Source: an uncultured Rikenellaceae bacterium (lineage in GTDB: Bacteria; Bacteroidota; Bacteroidia; Bacteroidales; VadinHA17). From it: a stretch of DNA of 64,000 bases. Position 1 is the stretch's first letter. Each line of letters starts with the position of its first letter. The translations under genes and the position numbers were made by a program. Location: positions 11,416 to 75,415 of the forward strand of contig CAZXGG010000005.1 in the NCBI GenBank assembly GCA_964640125.1, written 5' to 3'. The notes below the pieces were generated by a model, which did no database searches, was not told the DNA's origin, and worked only from the letters and a program-made list of their open reading frames with translations. Shown here piece after piece: positions 48,056 to 57,808 of this stretch.

Positions 48056-48652
48056 ATGTTCTCAGGAATTGTTGAAGAAGCAGCCAAAGTGGTTAAACTT
48101 GAAAAAGAGCAGGAGAATCTCCACATTACCATGGAGTGCTCTTTTGTCGATGAACTAAAAATCGATCAGAGCATTTCGCATAATGGAGTGTGTCTGACAG
48201 TTGTAAAGAAAGAAGGGAAAACCTATACGGTCACGGCAATTAAAGAGACCCTGGAAAAATCAAATCTTGGAAAATTGCAGATCGGTGATAAAGTTAACCT
48301 TGAACGAAGTCTGAAGATCGACAGTTTGCTGGATGGTCATCTTGTACAGGGTCATGTTGATCAAACCGCTGTATGTACCGAAGTAAAAGAGGCAGAAGGA
48401 AGCTGGTATTATACGTTTGAATATGAACCCGCACAGGATGATTACATTACGGTGGAAAAAGGTTCGATCTCTGTTAACGGGGTTAGCCTGACCGTTGTTA
48501 ATTCAAAAGACAAATCATTCCAGGTAGCGATCATTCCCTATACTTACGAAGTCACTAATTTTCATCAGATCCAGGCAGGAACCATTGTTAATCTTGAATT
48601 CGATATCATCGGAAAATATATCGCCAGGATTATGAAACAGCAATTGCTATGA
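48056..48652 (+). CDS. ribE: Riboflavin synthase alpha chain
   Basis: MFSGIVEE start and duplicated lumazine-binding halves (SHNGVCLTV / SVNGVSLTV). 198 aa. Confidence 0.9.
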   Translation: MFSGIVEEAAKVVKLEKEQENLHITMECSFVDELKIDQSISHNGVCLTVVKKEGKTYTVTAIKETLEKSNLGKLQIGDKVNLERSLKIDSLLDGHLVQGHVDQTAVCTEVKEAEGSWYYTFEYEPAQDDYITVEKGSISVNGVSLTVVNSKDKSFQVAIIPYTYEVTNFHQIQAGTIVNLEFDIIGKYIARIMKQQLL

Positions 48653-49689
48653 AAAGTCTTACACCACGGCAAATTGCATTTATCATATCCTTTGCCACAG
48701 CATTGCTTACAACAGCTATATTGTTCCTTTTCCAATACCTGATACCATCTTACAGGTGGTATTACCTGGTGGCTACAATCGGCATACTATTTATTCTGAC
48801 GTTTTGGGGCATATTATCCCTGCTCAATTATTTTATTACTGAAAAGATCAATCCAATCTATAAAACCATTCGTAATATCAGTGTGCCTGAAAAAGTGCTT
48901 CATGGAGATTTTTCAGGAAGAGATATAATATCCGAAGTAAAAGATGAAGTGATCAATTGGGCAAAAGGAAAAACACAGGAAATCAATCAGTTAAAGCAAA
49001 TGGAAAAGTATCGTAAGGAGTTTCTGGGAAATGTATCTCATGAACTGAAGACACCCATTTTTAACATCCAGGGATATGTGCTTACGTTACTGGATGGCGG
49101 CTTGGAAGATGCATCGATAAACCGGATGTATCTCGAACGTACTGAAAAAAGTATCAACCGCATGATCTCCATCGTGGAAGATCTTGAAATCATCTCCCGC
49201 CTGGAATCCGGTGAGCTGAAGCTGATGAAAGAAAAATTTGATGTCGTTCGTCTCGTTGAGGAAGTTGTTGAAACCCAGGAGATGAGAGCACAGGAGAAAA
49301 AGATCAGGTTAACAATAAAGGGGGGAACAGAAAGGAAAATCTTTGTTCGTGCTGATAAAAAAAGAATTTATGAAGTCCTCAACAACCTGGTAATCAATTC
49401 TATAATTTACGGCATGGAAGGGGGCAGAACGACCATTTCTTTCAGCGACATGGGAGATAACATTCTGATCGATGTGACCGATAACGGTATCGGGATCCCG
49501 GAAGAGGATATTCCCAGGATTTTTGAACGATTTTACCGGGTCGATCGCAGCCGCTCCCGGCACTACGGGGGAACCGGTTTGGGCCTGTCCATAGTAAAGC
49601 ACATTATAGAGGCTCATAATCAGACAATTAACGTAAGAAGCTCAAAAGAGAAAGGAAGCTCTTTTGCCTTTACACTTATAAAAGCCTGA
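48649..49689 (+). CDS. Membrane-bound sensor histidine kinase (PhoR/BaeS-like HisKA + HATPase_c)
   Basis: 2 N-terminal TM, H-box FLGNVSHELKTPI, N box NLVINSIIY, G1 DNGIGIP and G2 GGTGLGLSIVK. Its start overlaps the ribE stop (ATGA). Confidence 0.85.
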   Translation: MKSLTPRQIAFIISFATALLTTAILFLFQYLIPSYRWYYLVATIGILFILTFWGILSLLNYFITEKINPIYKTIRNISVPEKVLHGDFSGRDIISEVKDEVINWAKGKTQEINQLKQMEKYRKEFLGNVSHELKTPIFNIQGYVLTLLDGGLEDASINRMYLERTEKSINRMISIVEDLEIISRLESGELKLMKEKFDVVRLVEEVVETQEMRAQEKKIRLTIKGGTERKIFVRADKKRIYEVLNNLVINSIIYGMEGGRTTISFSDMGDNILIDVTDNGIGIPEEDIPRIFERFYRVDRSRSRHYGGTGLGLSIVKHIIEAHNQTINVRSSKEKGSSFAFTLIKA

Positions 49690-49765
49690 TTTTGGTTTTT
49701 ATTGCCAATTCTTCTACCTTTGTGGACTTCTAAAAAAGAGAGTAAAAAAGTAACAGTGCAAAACG

Positions 49766-52700
49766 ATGGGTTTAACTTTTCCTGAATATAAAACATTCGA
49801 TCTTGCAGACATCAACAAAGAGGTGCTGAAGATCTGGGATAAAAATGATACCTATCATAATACATTAGAGGCCACCAGGGGAAAACCGGCATTTGTCTTC
49901 TATGAAGGTCCACCCTCGGCAAATGGAATGCCAGGGATACATCATGTCATTGCCAGAACCATTAAGGATATTTTCTGCCGGTATAAAACCATGCAGGGAT
50001 TTTATGTTGAACGGAAAGCCGGATGGGATACTCATGGCCTTCCGGTTGAATTAAGTGTTGAGCAGGACCTCGGCATTACCAAGGAAGATATTGGGCAAAA
50101 AATTTCCGTTGTGGAGTTCAATAAAGCCTGCAAAAAGGTTGTCATGAAATACACGGACGCATGGGAGGATCTCACCCGAAAAATGGGTTACTGGATCAGC
50201 ATGGAAGATCCATACATAACCTATGACAACCGGTATATTGAAACACTCTGGTATTTGCTAAAAAAATTATACGAGAAAAAACTGCTCTATAAGGGGTATT
50301 CAATCCAACCTTATTCACCGGCTGCCGGTACCGGTCTTAGCACACACGAACTGAACCAACCCGGCTGCTATCGTGATGTCAAGGATACAACGGTTGTTGC
50401 CCAGCTCAAGATCATCCGAAATGAACAGTCTGAATTCCTGTTCAAGAATATCGATAGTGAACTCTATTTTCTCGCCTGGACAACCACTCCGTGGACATTG
50501 CTTTCCAATACAGCATTGGCTGTTGGCAAAGGTCTTCACTATGTTAAGGTCAGGACCTTCAACCAATATACCGGCGAACCCATTACCGTTATCCTTGCCA
50601 AAGATCGCTTCCGATACTACTTCCCTGAACGGGATGAGGGACTTCGGTTGGAAGAGTATAAAAAGGGATATAAAAACATACCCTACACGATCCTTTCTGA
50701 GTTTCTGGGTGCTGACCTGGAAGGAATGCGTTATGAACAGCTCATGCCTTTCCAGCAGCCGGAAGAAGGGGATGCATTCCGTGTGCTTATTGGTGATTTT
50801 GTGACCACGGAAGAGGGAACGGGCATCGTTCATATAGCACCAAGTTTCGGTGCAGATGACTTCCGTATAGCACAGGAAAACGGGATCGGATCACTTACCC
50901 TGGTTGATAAACAAGGAAAATTCATTGAGGGTGTGGGTGAATTTTCCGGCCGTTTTGTTAAAAATCAATACGATAATAACCTGACGGAAAAAGATCCCAC
51001 TGTTGATGTGGATATATCGGTTGACCTGAAATTAAACAACAAAGCATTCAAAATTGAAAAGTATGTTCACTCCTATCCACATTGCTGGAGGACCGACAAA
51101 CCTGTATTGTATTATCCGCTGGATTCCTGGTTCATAAAGACCACGGCACTGAAGAAGCGAATGATGCAGTTGAACGAAACCATCAATTGGAAGCCCCCCT
51201 CAACCGGAATCGGGCGATTCGGGAAATGGTTGGAAAACCTGGTTGACTGGAACCTGTCACGCTCCAGATATTGGGGAACACCCCTGCCAATCTGGAGGAC
51301 CGAAGACAGAAAAGAACAACTCTGCATTGGCTCGGTAAAAGAGCTGAAAGTTGAGATCGAACGATCAGTGGAAGCCGGGATCATGAAAAAGAATCCATTG
51401 GAGGATTTTATCCCGGGTGATAATTCAAAAGAGAATTATGAAAAATTTGACCTCCACCGACCCTTTGTAGATGAGATCATTCTCGTTTCACCCAGCGGAA
51501 AAAAGATGTTTCGGGAACCCGATCTCATCGATGGATGGTTTGATTCCGGAGCAATGCCCTATGCACAGGTCCACTATCCATTCGAAAACAAAGAAAATTT
51601 CGGGAAAATCTTTCCCGCTGATTACATTGCCGAGGGAGTAGATCAGACCCGTGGATGGTTTTTTACACTTCATGCCATTGCGGTCATGCTTTTTGATTCC
51701 GTGGCGTTTAAAAACATCATTTCAAACGGACTTGTTCTCGATAAAGACGGGGCAAAAATGTCAAAACGTCTGGGGAATGTCGTTGATCCTTTTGAAACCA
51801 TTGAAACCAATGGCTCCGACCCGCTCCGATGGTATCTGATCACCAATGCTCAACCCTGGGATAACCTGAAATTCGATCCCGCCGGTGTGGAAGAGGTGAA
51901 ACGCAAATTTTTCGGAACCCTGTTTAATACCTACTCATTTTTTGCCCTGTATGCTAACGTTGATGGATTTATTCATAAAGAAGAAGATATACCGGTGAAC
52001 GAAAGACCGGAGATCGATCGGTGGATTATCTCGCTGCTGAATTCCCTGGTCAAAGAGGTGCAAGAGAGCCTTGACAATTACGAGCCTACAAAAGCTGGCA
52101 GGGCTATCCAGGATTTTGTATCTGAAAACCTCAGTAACTGGTATGTCCGGCTTAACCGAAAACGATTCTGGGGCGGCGAATATTCGAGTGATAAAATCGC
52201 TGCGTACCAAACCCTGTATCTCTGCCTGGAAACCGTTTCCAGGCTCTCAGCACCCATATCTCCATTCTATATGGACAAGTTGTTCTTTGATTTGAACCGT
52301 GTTTCCGGGAATCATGACACTGCATCGGTCCACCTGGTGGCTTTCCCTGAATGCAATGTCCGCTTGATTGATAAGGAGTTGGAAGAGAAAATGGCCCTTG
52401 CCCAGAAAGTTTCCTCAATGATTCTCGGTCTTCGCCGAAAAGTGAACATCAAGGTACGCCAACCATTGCAAAAGATCAGAATTCCCGTTTCCAACTTCGA
52501 TGATAAAGAGAAACTGGAAGCTGTCGAAAATATTATCCTTCCCGAAGTAAATGTAAAAGAATTGGAAATCATTACGGATGAAAAGGATAGCCTGATCGTG
52601 AAACGGATTAAACCAAATTTCAAGTTGCTTGGACCCCGTTTTGGTAAAGAGATGAAACAGATTACTCAATTAATCGGTCAGTTCAGCCAGGAAGATATCC

Positions 52701-53134
52701 ACGAAATGGAAGAAAAAGGACACCATACCCTTCAGGTTGATGGTGTAAACCGGGAAATTAAACTATCTGAAGTAGAGATATTTACTGAAGATATTCCGGG
52801 TTGGCTGGTGGCAAACGAAGGTCAACTGACGGTTGCTCTCGATATCAATGTGACCGATGAATTGAAGGAAGAAGGCATAGCACGTGAACTGATCAACCGG
52901 ATTCAAAACATGAGAAAGGAGAACGGTTTCGATGTAACGGATAAGATCACCATCCAAATTAAGAAACATACAGCACTAAATAACGCCGTGAAACACCATG
53001 CTCACTACATTGCTTCCCAGACACTGGCAACCAGGGTGGACCTGGTGGATCAACCGGACGATAAAAAGGCGAAAACCATTGAATTGCAAGAAGGGGTAAA
53101 TACAATCATTACTATTCATAGAATAAAAACATAA
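49766..53134 (+). CDS. ileS: Isoleucine--tRNA ligase (long, type 2 form)
   Basis: PPSANGMPGIHHV (HIGH), KMSKRLGN (KMSKS) and a CP1 editing domain. 1122 aa. Confidence 0.95.
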   Translation: MGLTFPEYKTFDLADINKEVLKIWDKNDTYHNTLEATRGKPAFVFYEGPPSANGMPGIHHVIARTIKDIFCRYKTMQGFYVERKAGWDTHGLPVELSVEQDLGITKEDIGQKISVVEFNKACKKVVMKYTDAWEDLTRKMGYWISMEDPYITYDNRYIETLWYLLKKLYEKKLLYKGYSIQPYSPAAGTGLSTHELNQPGCYRDVKDTTVVAQLKIIRNEQSEFLFKNIDSELYFLAWTTTPWTLLSNTALAVGKGLHYVKVRTFNQYTGEPITVILAKDRFRYYFPERDEGLRLEEYKKGYKNIPYTILSEFLGADLEGMRYEQLMPFQQPEEGDAFRVLIGDFVTTEEGTGIVHIAPSFGADDFRIAQENGIGSLTLVDKQGKFIEGVGEFSGRFVKNQYDNNLTEKDPTVDVDISVDLKLNNKAFKIEKYVHSYPHCWRTDKPVLYYPLDSWFIKTTALKKRMMQLNETINWKPPSTGIGRFGKWLENLVDWNLSRSRYWGTPLPIWRTEDRKEQLCIGSVKELKVEIERSVEAGIMKKNPLEDFIPGDNSKENYEKFDLHRPFVDEIILVSPSGKKMFREPDLIDGWFDSGAMPYAQVHYPFENKENFGKIFPADYIAEGVDQTRGWFFTLHAIAVMLFDSVAFKNIISNGLVLDKDGAKMSKRLGNVVDPFETIETNGSDPLRWYLITNAQPWDNLKFDPAGVEEVKRKFFGTLFNTYSFFALYANVDGFIHKEEDIPVNERPEIDRWIISLLNSLVKEVQESLDNYEPTKAGRAIQDFVSENLSNWYVRLNRKRFWGGEYSSDKIAAYQTLYLCLETVSRLSAPISPFYMDKLFFDLNRVSGNHDTASVHLVAFPECNVRLIDKELEEKMALAQKVSSMILGLRRKVNIKVRQPLQKIRIPVSNFDDKEKLEAVENIILPEVNVKELEIITDEKDSLIVKRIKPNFKLLGPRFGKEMKQITQLIGQFSQEDIHEMEEKGHHTLQVDGVNREIKLSEVEIFTEDIPGWLVANEGQLTVALDINVTDELKEEGIARELINRIQNMRKENGFDVTDKITIQIKKHTALNNAVKHHAHYIASQTLATRVDLVDQPDDKKAKTIELQEGVNTIITIHRIKT

Positions 53135-53244
53135 CTGGCTATTAATCTTTTGGTTAGACCCGGTTTTCCGGAGCAGATCAAAAATGCTAAAATGTACGGT
53201 GTTTTATGGGAAATTTGTTATATTTATATAAAAATAAGAGCGCC

Positions 53245-53622
53245 ATGGCAGAGAAGACACGCTATTCAGATGAAGAGCTCCTTGAGTTTAAGGAGATCAT
53301 CTTACAAAAAATTGAAAAAGCCAAGCAGGATTACGACCTGCTGAAACATACCATTACTCATGAAGAGAGTAATGACACGGAGGACACATCACCTACTTTC
53401 AAGGTCCTGGAGGAAGGAGCAGCAACCCTTTCAAAGGAGGAAGCCGGTAAACTGGCTCAACGCCAGTTGAAATTCATCCAGCACCTTCAGGCTGCACTGA
53501 TACGAATTGAAAACAAAACGTATGGTATTTGCAGGGAAACCGGGAAACTGATATCGAAAGAGCGGCTCCGCGCTGTCCCGCATGCTACACTTAGTATCGA
53601 AGCAAAACAGAGACAACGGTAA
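53245..53622 (+). CDS. DksA/TraR family regulator with a degenerate (single-Cys) zinc finger
   Basis: A coiled-coil region plus C-terminal YGICRETGKLISKERLRAVPHATLSIEAK. Only one Cys occupies the place of the CxxC-N17-CxxC motif. Start taken at ATG 53245. Confidence 0.75.
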   Translation: MAEKTRYSDEELLEFKEIILQKIEKAKQDYDLLKHTITHEESNDTEDTSPTFKVLEEGAATLSKEEAGKLAQRQLKFIQHLQAALIRIENKTYGICRETGKLISKERLRAVPHATLSIEAKQRQR

Positions 53623-53735
53623 ACGGACTGAAAATCGCGCCGATGAAATGATTGAAGCCATGGTTTCAATCATTTTTTATTCCTCCCTTTTTCAAATCGT
53701 TTAAAAATTATAGTTTTGGTCGAAAAATAATTCCG

Positions 53736-54383
53736 ATGTCAATAAGAAAACAGTCCCTTTTCCTGATCCTCCTGATCCTTGTAGCTGACCAGATGTTAAA
53801 GATCTGGGTCAAAACCCACATGATGCTTGGACAGGAATACCATATCCTTGGGAATTGGTTTATCATTCATTTCCTGGAAAACAATGGAATGGCTTTCGGA
53901 CTTGAAATTTCCGGTGACTTCGGGAAGATTATCCTTAGCATTTTTCGAATTATTGCTGTGGCTGCGATCGGTTGGTACCTCGTTTATCTGACCCGGCAAA
54001 ACGCTTCTAACGGATTGATATTAAGTATCTCCATGGTAATGGCCGGAGCGATAGGAAACATTATTGACAGTGCATTCTATGGGATAATCTTTAGTGATAG
54101 CTATTTCAGGGTAGCAGAATTTTTACCCGAAGGTGGGGGATATTCCAGTTTCCTGCATGGCCAGGTAGTCGATATGCTCTATTTCCCAATCATTAAAGGA
54201 CATTTGCCAGACTGGTTCCCCATCTGGGGATCACAGGAATTCATCTTTTTCCGGCCTGTTTTTAATCTTTCCGATAGCTCCATAACTATCGGCGTAGCAC
54301 TGATCCTTATCTTTCAGAAGCGGTTTTTTAAGCATCAGGAAACCAAAGAACCGATGCCCGCTGACATCGAGATAAATAATTAA
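53736..54383 (+). CDS. lspA: Lipoprotein signal peptidase (signal peptidase II)
   Basis: LVADQMLKIWV, NNGMAFGL, GAIGNIIDS and VVDMLYF motifs with the catalytic Asp residues. Start taken at ATG 53736. Confidence 0.9.
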   Translation: MSIRKQSLFLILLILVADQMLKIWVKTHMMLGQEYHILGNWFIIHFLENNGMAFGLEISGDFGKIILSIFRIIAVAAIGWYLVYLTRQNASNGLILSISMVMAGAIGNIIDSAFYGIIFSDSYFRVAEFLPEGGGYSSFLHGQVVDMLYFPIIKGHLPDWFPIWGSQEFIFFRPVFNLSDSSITIGVALILIFQKRFFKHQETKEPMPADIEINN

Positions 54384-54580
54384 CCTGTTGTGCGGTTAAG
54401 GTCTGACTATAGTAATCTTATTTTATAACTGATTTTTAAACATTTAGCTCCGTAGGCCGTGCCTGCCGGCAGTGTGTTTCTTCAGTATTTAGGTAACAGA
54501 TTTTGTTTGAGATTTTAAGATCTATTTGGTTAATTGATTGCCTAATTTTTTGTACAAGGTCTGGAGGATATATAGAACAC

Positions 54581-54812
54581 AATCCCGGAGGGATTGAATA
54601 ATAAATAGCCCGGTACTAGCCCCGACGATTTTGTCGGGGCGAAGTGCCGGGTATACTAATGGAAATAAATCGCAACCCTGAATGGGGTTGAATATTAATA
54701 CTCTAAATAGCAAAATTCAACCCCTTAAGGGTTGTAAATATTTCGGGTCGATATACCACCGGTTAACACCGGTGGCTATTCAATGTTATACCCCTGCCGG
54801 GGTATTTAGGTA
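54581..54812. repeat. Cluster of six short GC-rich hairpins in AT-rich spacers ('hairpin island')
   Basis: Hairpins: 54581-95 ATCCC/GGGAT. 54609-51 CCCGGTAC/GTGCCGGG enclosing CCCCGAC/GTCGGGG. 54673-90 and 54718-34, both CAACCC/GGGTTG. 54756-75 CCACCGG/CCGGTGG. 54788-805 ATACCCC/GGGGTAT. A repeated TTGAATA..AAATAGC spacer motif is also present. Confidence 0.5.
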
Positions 54813-54889
54813 CGAACAAAATTCCACTATTGAATAAAAGCTTCTCAAACCTCATCACTTCAAATCTAACGTTTTACAAAAATCCTTTA

Positions 54890-55423
54890 CTACTCTTTGG
54901 TAAGTTCGATGATCAGTGTAATGATCTCCGGAATTTCACTATCCGGTATTTTCCCTTTGTACAGCGCCCTTACTACCCGGTTTTTATCAACGATGATCAC
55001 ACTGTAACTGTCCTCAGGCAGTCCCCATTGTTCCTGAAGAACAGCATCATAATCAAACAGTATGGTGGTTTCATACTTTTCTGCTTTTTTCCCGGCAATT
55101 AAACGGATCAGCCCGTTTGGTTTCCATGTGGATTTACAATCCACAATCCCAAATCCTTTAAAATGATCCTTGGATATTATCTTATCCACATCAACCGCTT
55201 TGTCTATTGCATCATTGAAAGGATCATTCAGATCCGACTCATCCGGGTCCACATAATTGACCTGCAATACTTTCCCTTTCCATGTATCCATGGTGTGCAC
55301 AATTCCGTCGGCATCTTTAAACTCCCAATCGGATGCCTTATCACCTACTTTGAGCTTGCTGCTCTGTGCCTGTAGTAATGATCCGGTTAACAGCAGTGTC
55401 AGGAATAGAAAATATGTTTTCAT
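54890..55423 (-). CDS. Secreted thioredoxin-fold protein lacking a CxxC motif (YtfJ/redoxin-like)
   Basis: Signal peptide (LLLTGSLLQAQ). KVGDKASDWEFKDADG...WKGKVLQVNYVD resembles the TlpA/redoxin N-terminus, but the only Cys is at DCKSTW. Confidence 0.5.
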   Translation of the reverse strand: MKTYFLFLTLLLTGSLLQAQSSKLKVGDKASDWEFKDADGIVHTMDTWKGKVLQVNYVDPDESDLNDPFNDAIDKAVDVDKIISKDHFKGFGIVDCKSTWKPNGLIRLIAGKKAEKYETTILFDYDAVLQEQWGLPEDSYSVIIVDKNRVVRALYKGKIPDSEIPEIITLIIELTKE

Positions 55424-55511
55424 GAGTCTTTAAGTTTTAAAGGTTGTTATTCGATTATCAGGTAATGAACATGGCTTGTTGTAAAGATAAAGAAATATTT
55501 ATTTATTCAAC

Positions 55512-55532
55512 CGCTTCTGCTTTACAGAAGCG
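55512..55532 (-). terminator. Hairpin downstream of rnr (weak terminator candidate)
   Basis: CGCTTCTG-CTTTA-CAGAAGCG 8-bp stem. The flanking U tract on the minus strand is poor. Confidence 0.3.
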
Positions 55533-55573
55533 ATTTTCACATTTCTGCCAGATAAACATATCCAAGATAGCGG

Positions 55574-57712
55574 TTATTCCACCAATAACAGATCTACCTG
55601 CTTCCGGGGAAGGTCAACCCGTGAAATCTCAATAGTTATCGGATCTCCGAGCTGGTATTGTTTACGGGTAAGGCGACCGGTAATGCAATAATTCTCTTCA
55701 TCCAGCTCATAAAAATCGTCATCCAGCTCCCGGATCGGGATCAATCCCTCGCATTTGTTTTCACTGATCTCTACATAGATCCCCCAGTCGGCAACCCCGG
55801 AGATGATCCCATCATACTGCTGTCCGATTTTATCTTTCAGGAATTCAACCTGTTTGTATTTAATGGATGCCCGTTCTGCTTCAATGGCTTTACGTTCCAT
55901 TTCGGAGGCATGCATGCAGAGGCTCTCATACTGTTCTTCACTCTCCGATTTTTCACCCCGCAGGTACTTTTCCAGCAATCGATGAACCATCATATCCGGA
56001 TACCTGCGGATGGGGGATGTAAAATGGGAATAATGGTCAAATGCAAGGCCATAGTGCCCGATATTGCGGGTTGAATATTTTGCTTTAGCCATTGTCCTGA
56101 TCGCCAGGGTCTCAATCAGGTTTTGTTCCTTTTTCCCCTGAACATTCTTCAGGAGCTGGTTCAGCGATTGGGACAGTTGCCGGTGTGAGGCGGTGGATAT
56201 CTGGTGACCAAATTTCTTTATCAGGAAAGCAAAGGATGACAGTTTTTCCTGATCAGGCCGGTCATGAACCCGGTATACAAAAGTTTTCGGTGGTTTTGTT
56301 TTGAATCCGACAAACTCTGCAACCCGTTTGTTCGCCAGAAGCATAAATTCTTCAATCAATTGATTCGATGGTTTATTCTGTTTCAGGAAAACGCCTAACG
56401 GTGTGCCCTTTTCATCAATTTCAAATGCCACTTCGGTACGTTCAAAATCAATGGAGCCGTTTTCGAACCTTCTTTTTCTTAATGTTTGAGCCAATTGATG
56501 AAGCTTCATAACTTCCATGCTCATATCACCCTGTCCGGTTTCAATCACTTTCTGAGCCTCTTCATAGGTAAATCGCCTGTCAGAACGAATGACGCTTTTT
56601 CCCATCCACTCAGAAACAACATTGGCCTGATCATCCATTTCAAACACGGTGGAAAAACAAAGTTTATCCTCCTCCGGTCGCAGGGAGCAAAGCTGGTTTG
56701 ATAATTTCTCGGGGAGCATCGGGATGACCCGGTCAACCAGGTAGACCGATGTTCCACGTTCCTGTGCTTCTTTGTCAAGAACTGAATTGGGTGAAATGAA
56801 AAAAGTAACGTCAGCAATGTGCACACCGACTTCCCACCTGCCGGAGTCAAGCTGTCGGATGGATAAAGCATCGTCAAAATCCTTCGCATCCTCCGGGTCA
56901 ATGGTAAATGTTGGCACCGTCCGAAAATCCTTTCTCTGCCGGTACTCATCCCGTGATACCCTGTCCGGCATTTTCGCGGCTTCCCGTTCCACATCTTTCG
57001 GAAAAGAATAAGGAAGGTCATACTCTGCAAGGATGGCATGCATTTCCACTTCATGTTCTCCCGGCTCTCCCAAGACTTCTACGATCTCACCGGTAGGATT
57101 TTTTACCGACTGAGGCCAGTCAACAATGCGCGCAATGGCTTTTTGCCCGTTCAATGCATGATTTAACTTCTCTTTTGGAATGTAGATATCATACGGCATC
57201 TTCTTGCTGTCGGGCAGGAGAAATGCGAAGTGTGCAGCAATCTCAACCGTTCCGACAAAATTCCTTTTCCCCCTTTTGACGATCTCAACCACCTCTCCTT
57301 CCAACCGCCTGCTTTTTCTCCTGGCATACAGGTACACCTTAACCCAGTCACCATGAAGGGCATGATTCAGGTTTGCCTGTGTTACAAATATATCTTCAGA
57401 GAGGGATTCCGAATTGATATAGGCAGATCCCTGAGCCGTCATTTCAACCGTTCCATAGATGTACCCTCCTTTTGATTTTAATTTGTATTTCCCGGTATAA
57501 ATCTCAGTCAGGTAATCGGCAGCAGTCAACTCACCAAGGATCACATTGATCAGTTGCCTTGTCGAGGTATCTTTGATGTTCAATAACCGGGTAAGTTGCT
57601 TGTAGTTATAGGTTTTGGAAGGGCTGCCGGAAAAGATACCCAGAATTTTCCCGGTCAGGGATTTTTTTTTGATGGAACCGGGTTTCTTGCTTTTTTTCTT
57701 TTTTTTGGCCAT
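55574..57712 (-). CDS. rnr: Ribonuclease R
   Basis: Lys-rich N-terminus, cold-shock-like domains, an RNB core (DPEDAKDFDDALS, HYGLAFDHYSHFTSPIRRYPD) and a C-terminal S1 domain. 712 aa. Confidence 0.9.
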   Translation of the reverse strand: MAKKKKKSKKPGSIKKKSLTGKILGIFSGSPSKTYNYKQLTRLLNIKDTSTRQLINVILGELTAADYLTEIYTGKYKLKSKGGYIYGTVEMTAQGSAYINSESLSEDIFVTQANLNHALHGDWVKVYLYARRKSRRLEGEVVEIVKRGKRNFVGTVEIAAHFAFLLPDSKKMPYDIYIPKEKLNHALNGQKAIARIVDWPQSVKNPTGEIVEVLGEPGEHEVEMHAILAEYDLPYSFPKDVEREAAKMPDRVSRDEYRQRKDFRTVPTFTIDPEDAKDFDDALSIRQLDSGRWEVGVHIADVTFFISPNSVLDKEAQERGTSVYLVDRVIPMLPEKLSNQLCSLRPEEDKLCFSTVFEMDDQANVVSEWMGKSVIRSDRRFTYEEAQKVIETGQGDMSMEVMKLHQLAQTLRKRRFENGSIDFERTEVAFEIDEKGTPLGVFLKQNKPSNQLIEEFMLLANKRVAEFVGFKTKPPKTFVYRVHDRPDQEKLSSFAFLIKKFGHQISTASHRQLSQSLNQLLKNVQGKKEQNLIETLAIRTMAKAKYSTRNIGHYGLAFDHYSHFTSPIRRYPDMMVHRLLEKYLRGEKSESEEQYESLCMHASEMERKAIEAERASIKYKQVEFLKDKIGQQYDGIISGVADWGIYVEISENKCEGLIPIRELDDDFYELDEENYCITGRLTRKQYQLGDPITIEISRVDLPRKQVDLLLVE

Positions 57713-57808
57713 GTTCTCCGATTTTGCGGAAATTTACAAAAATCATTCGACGTGAAGCAACCAAACCGGGGTTTATACCTATCTTACTGATATAACAGCC
57801 ATATCGCC

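Noticed and set aside
54522-54713. 63-aa minus-strand ORF inside the hairpin island
   Set aside because: It is composed largely of the hairpin sequences read through. There is no start context, and its low-complexity translation looks unlike a real protein.
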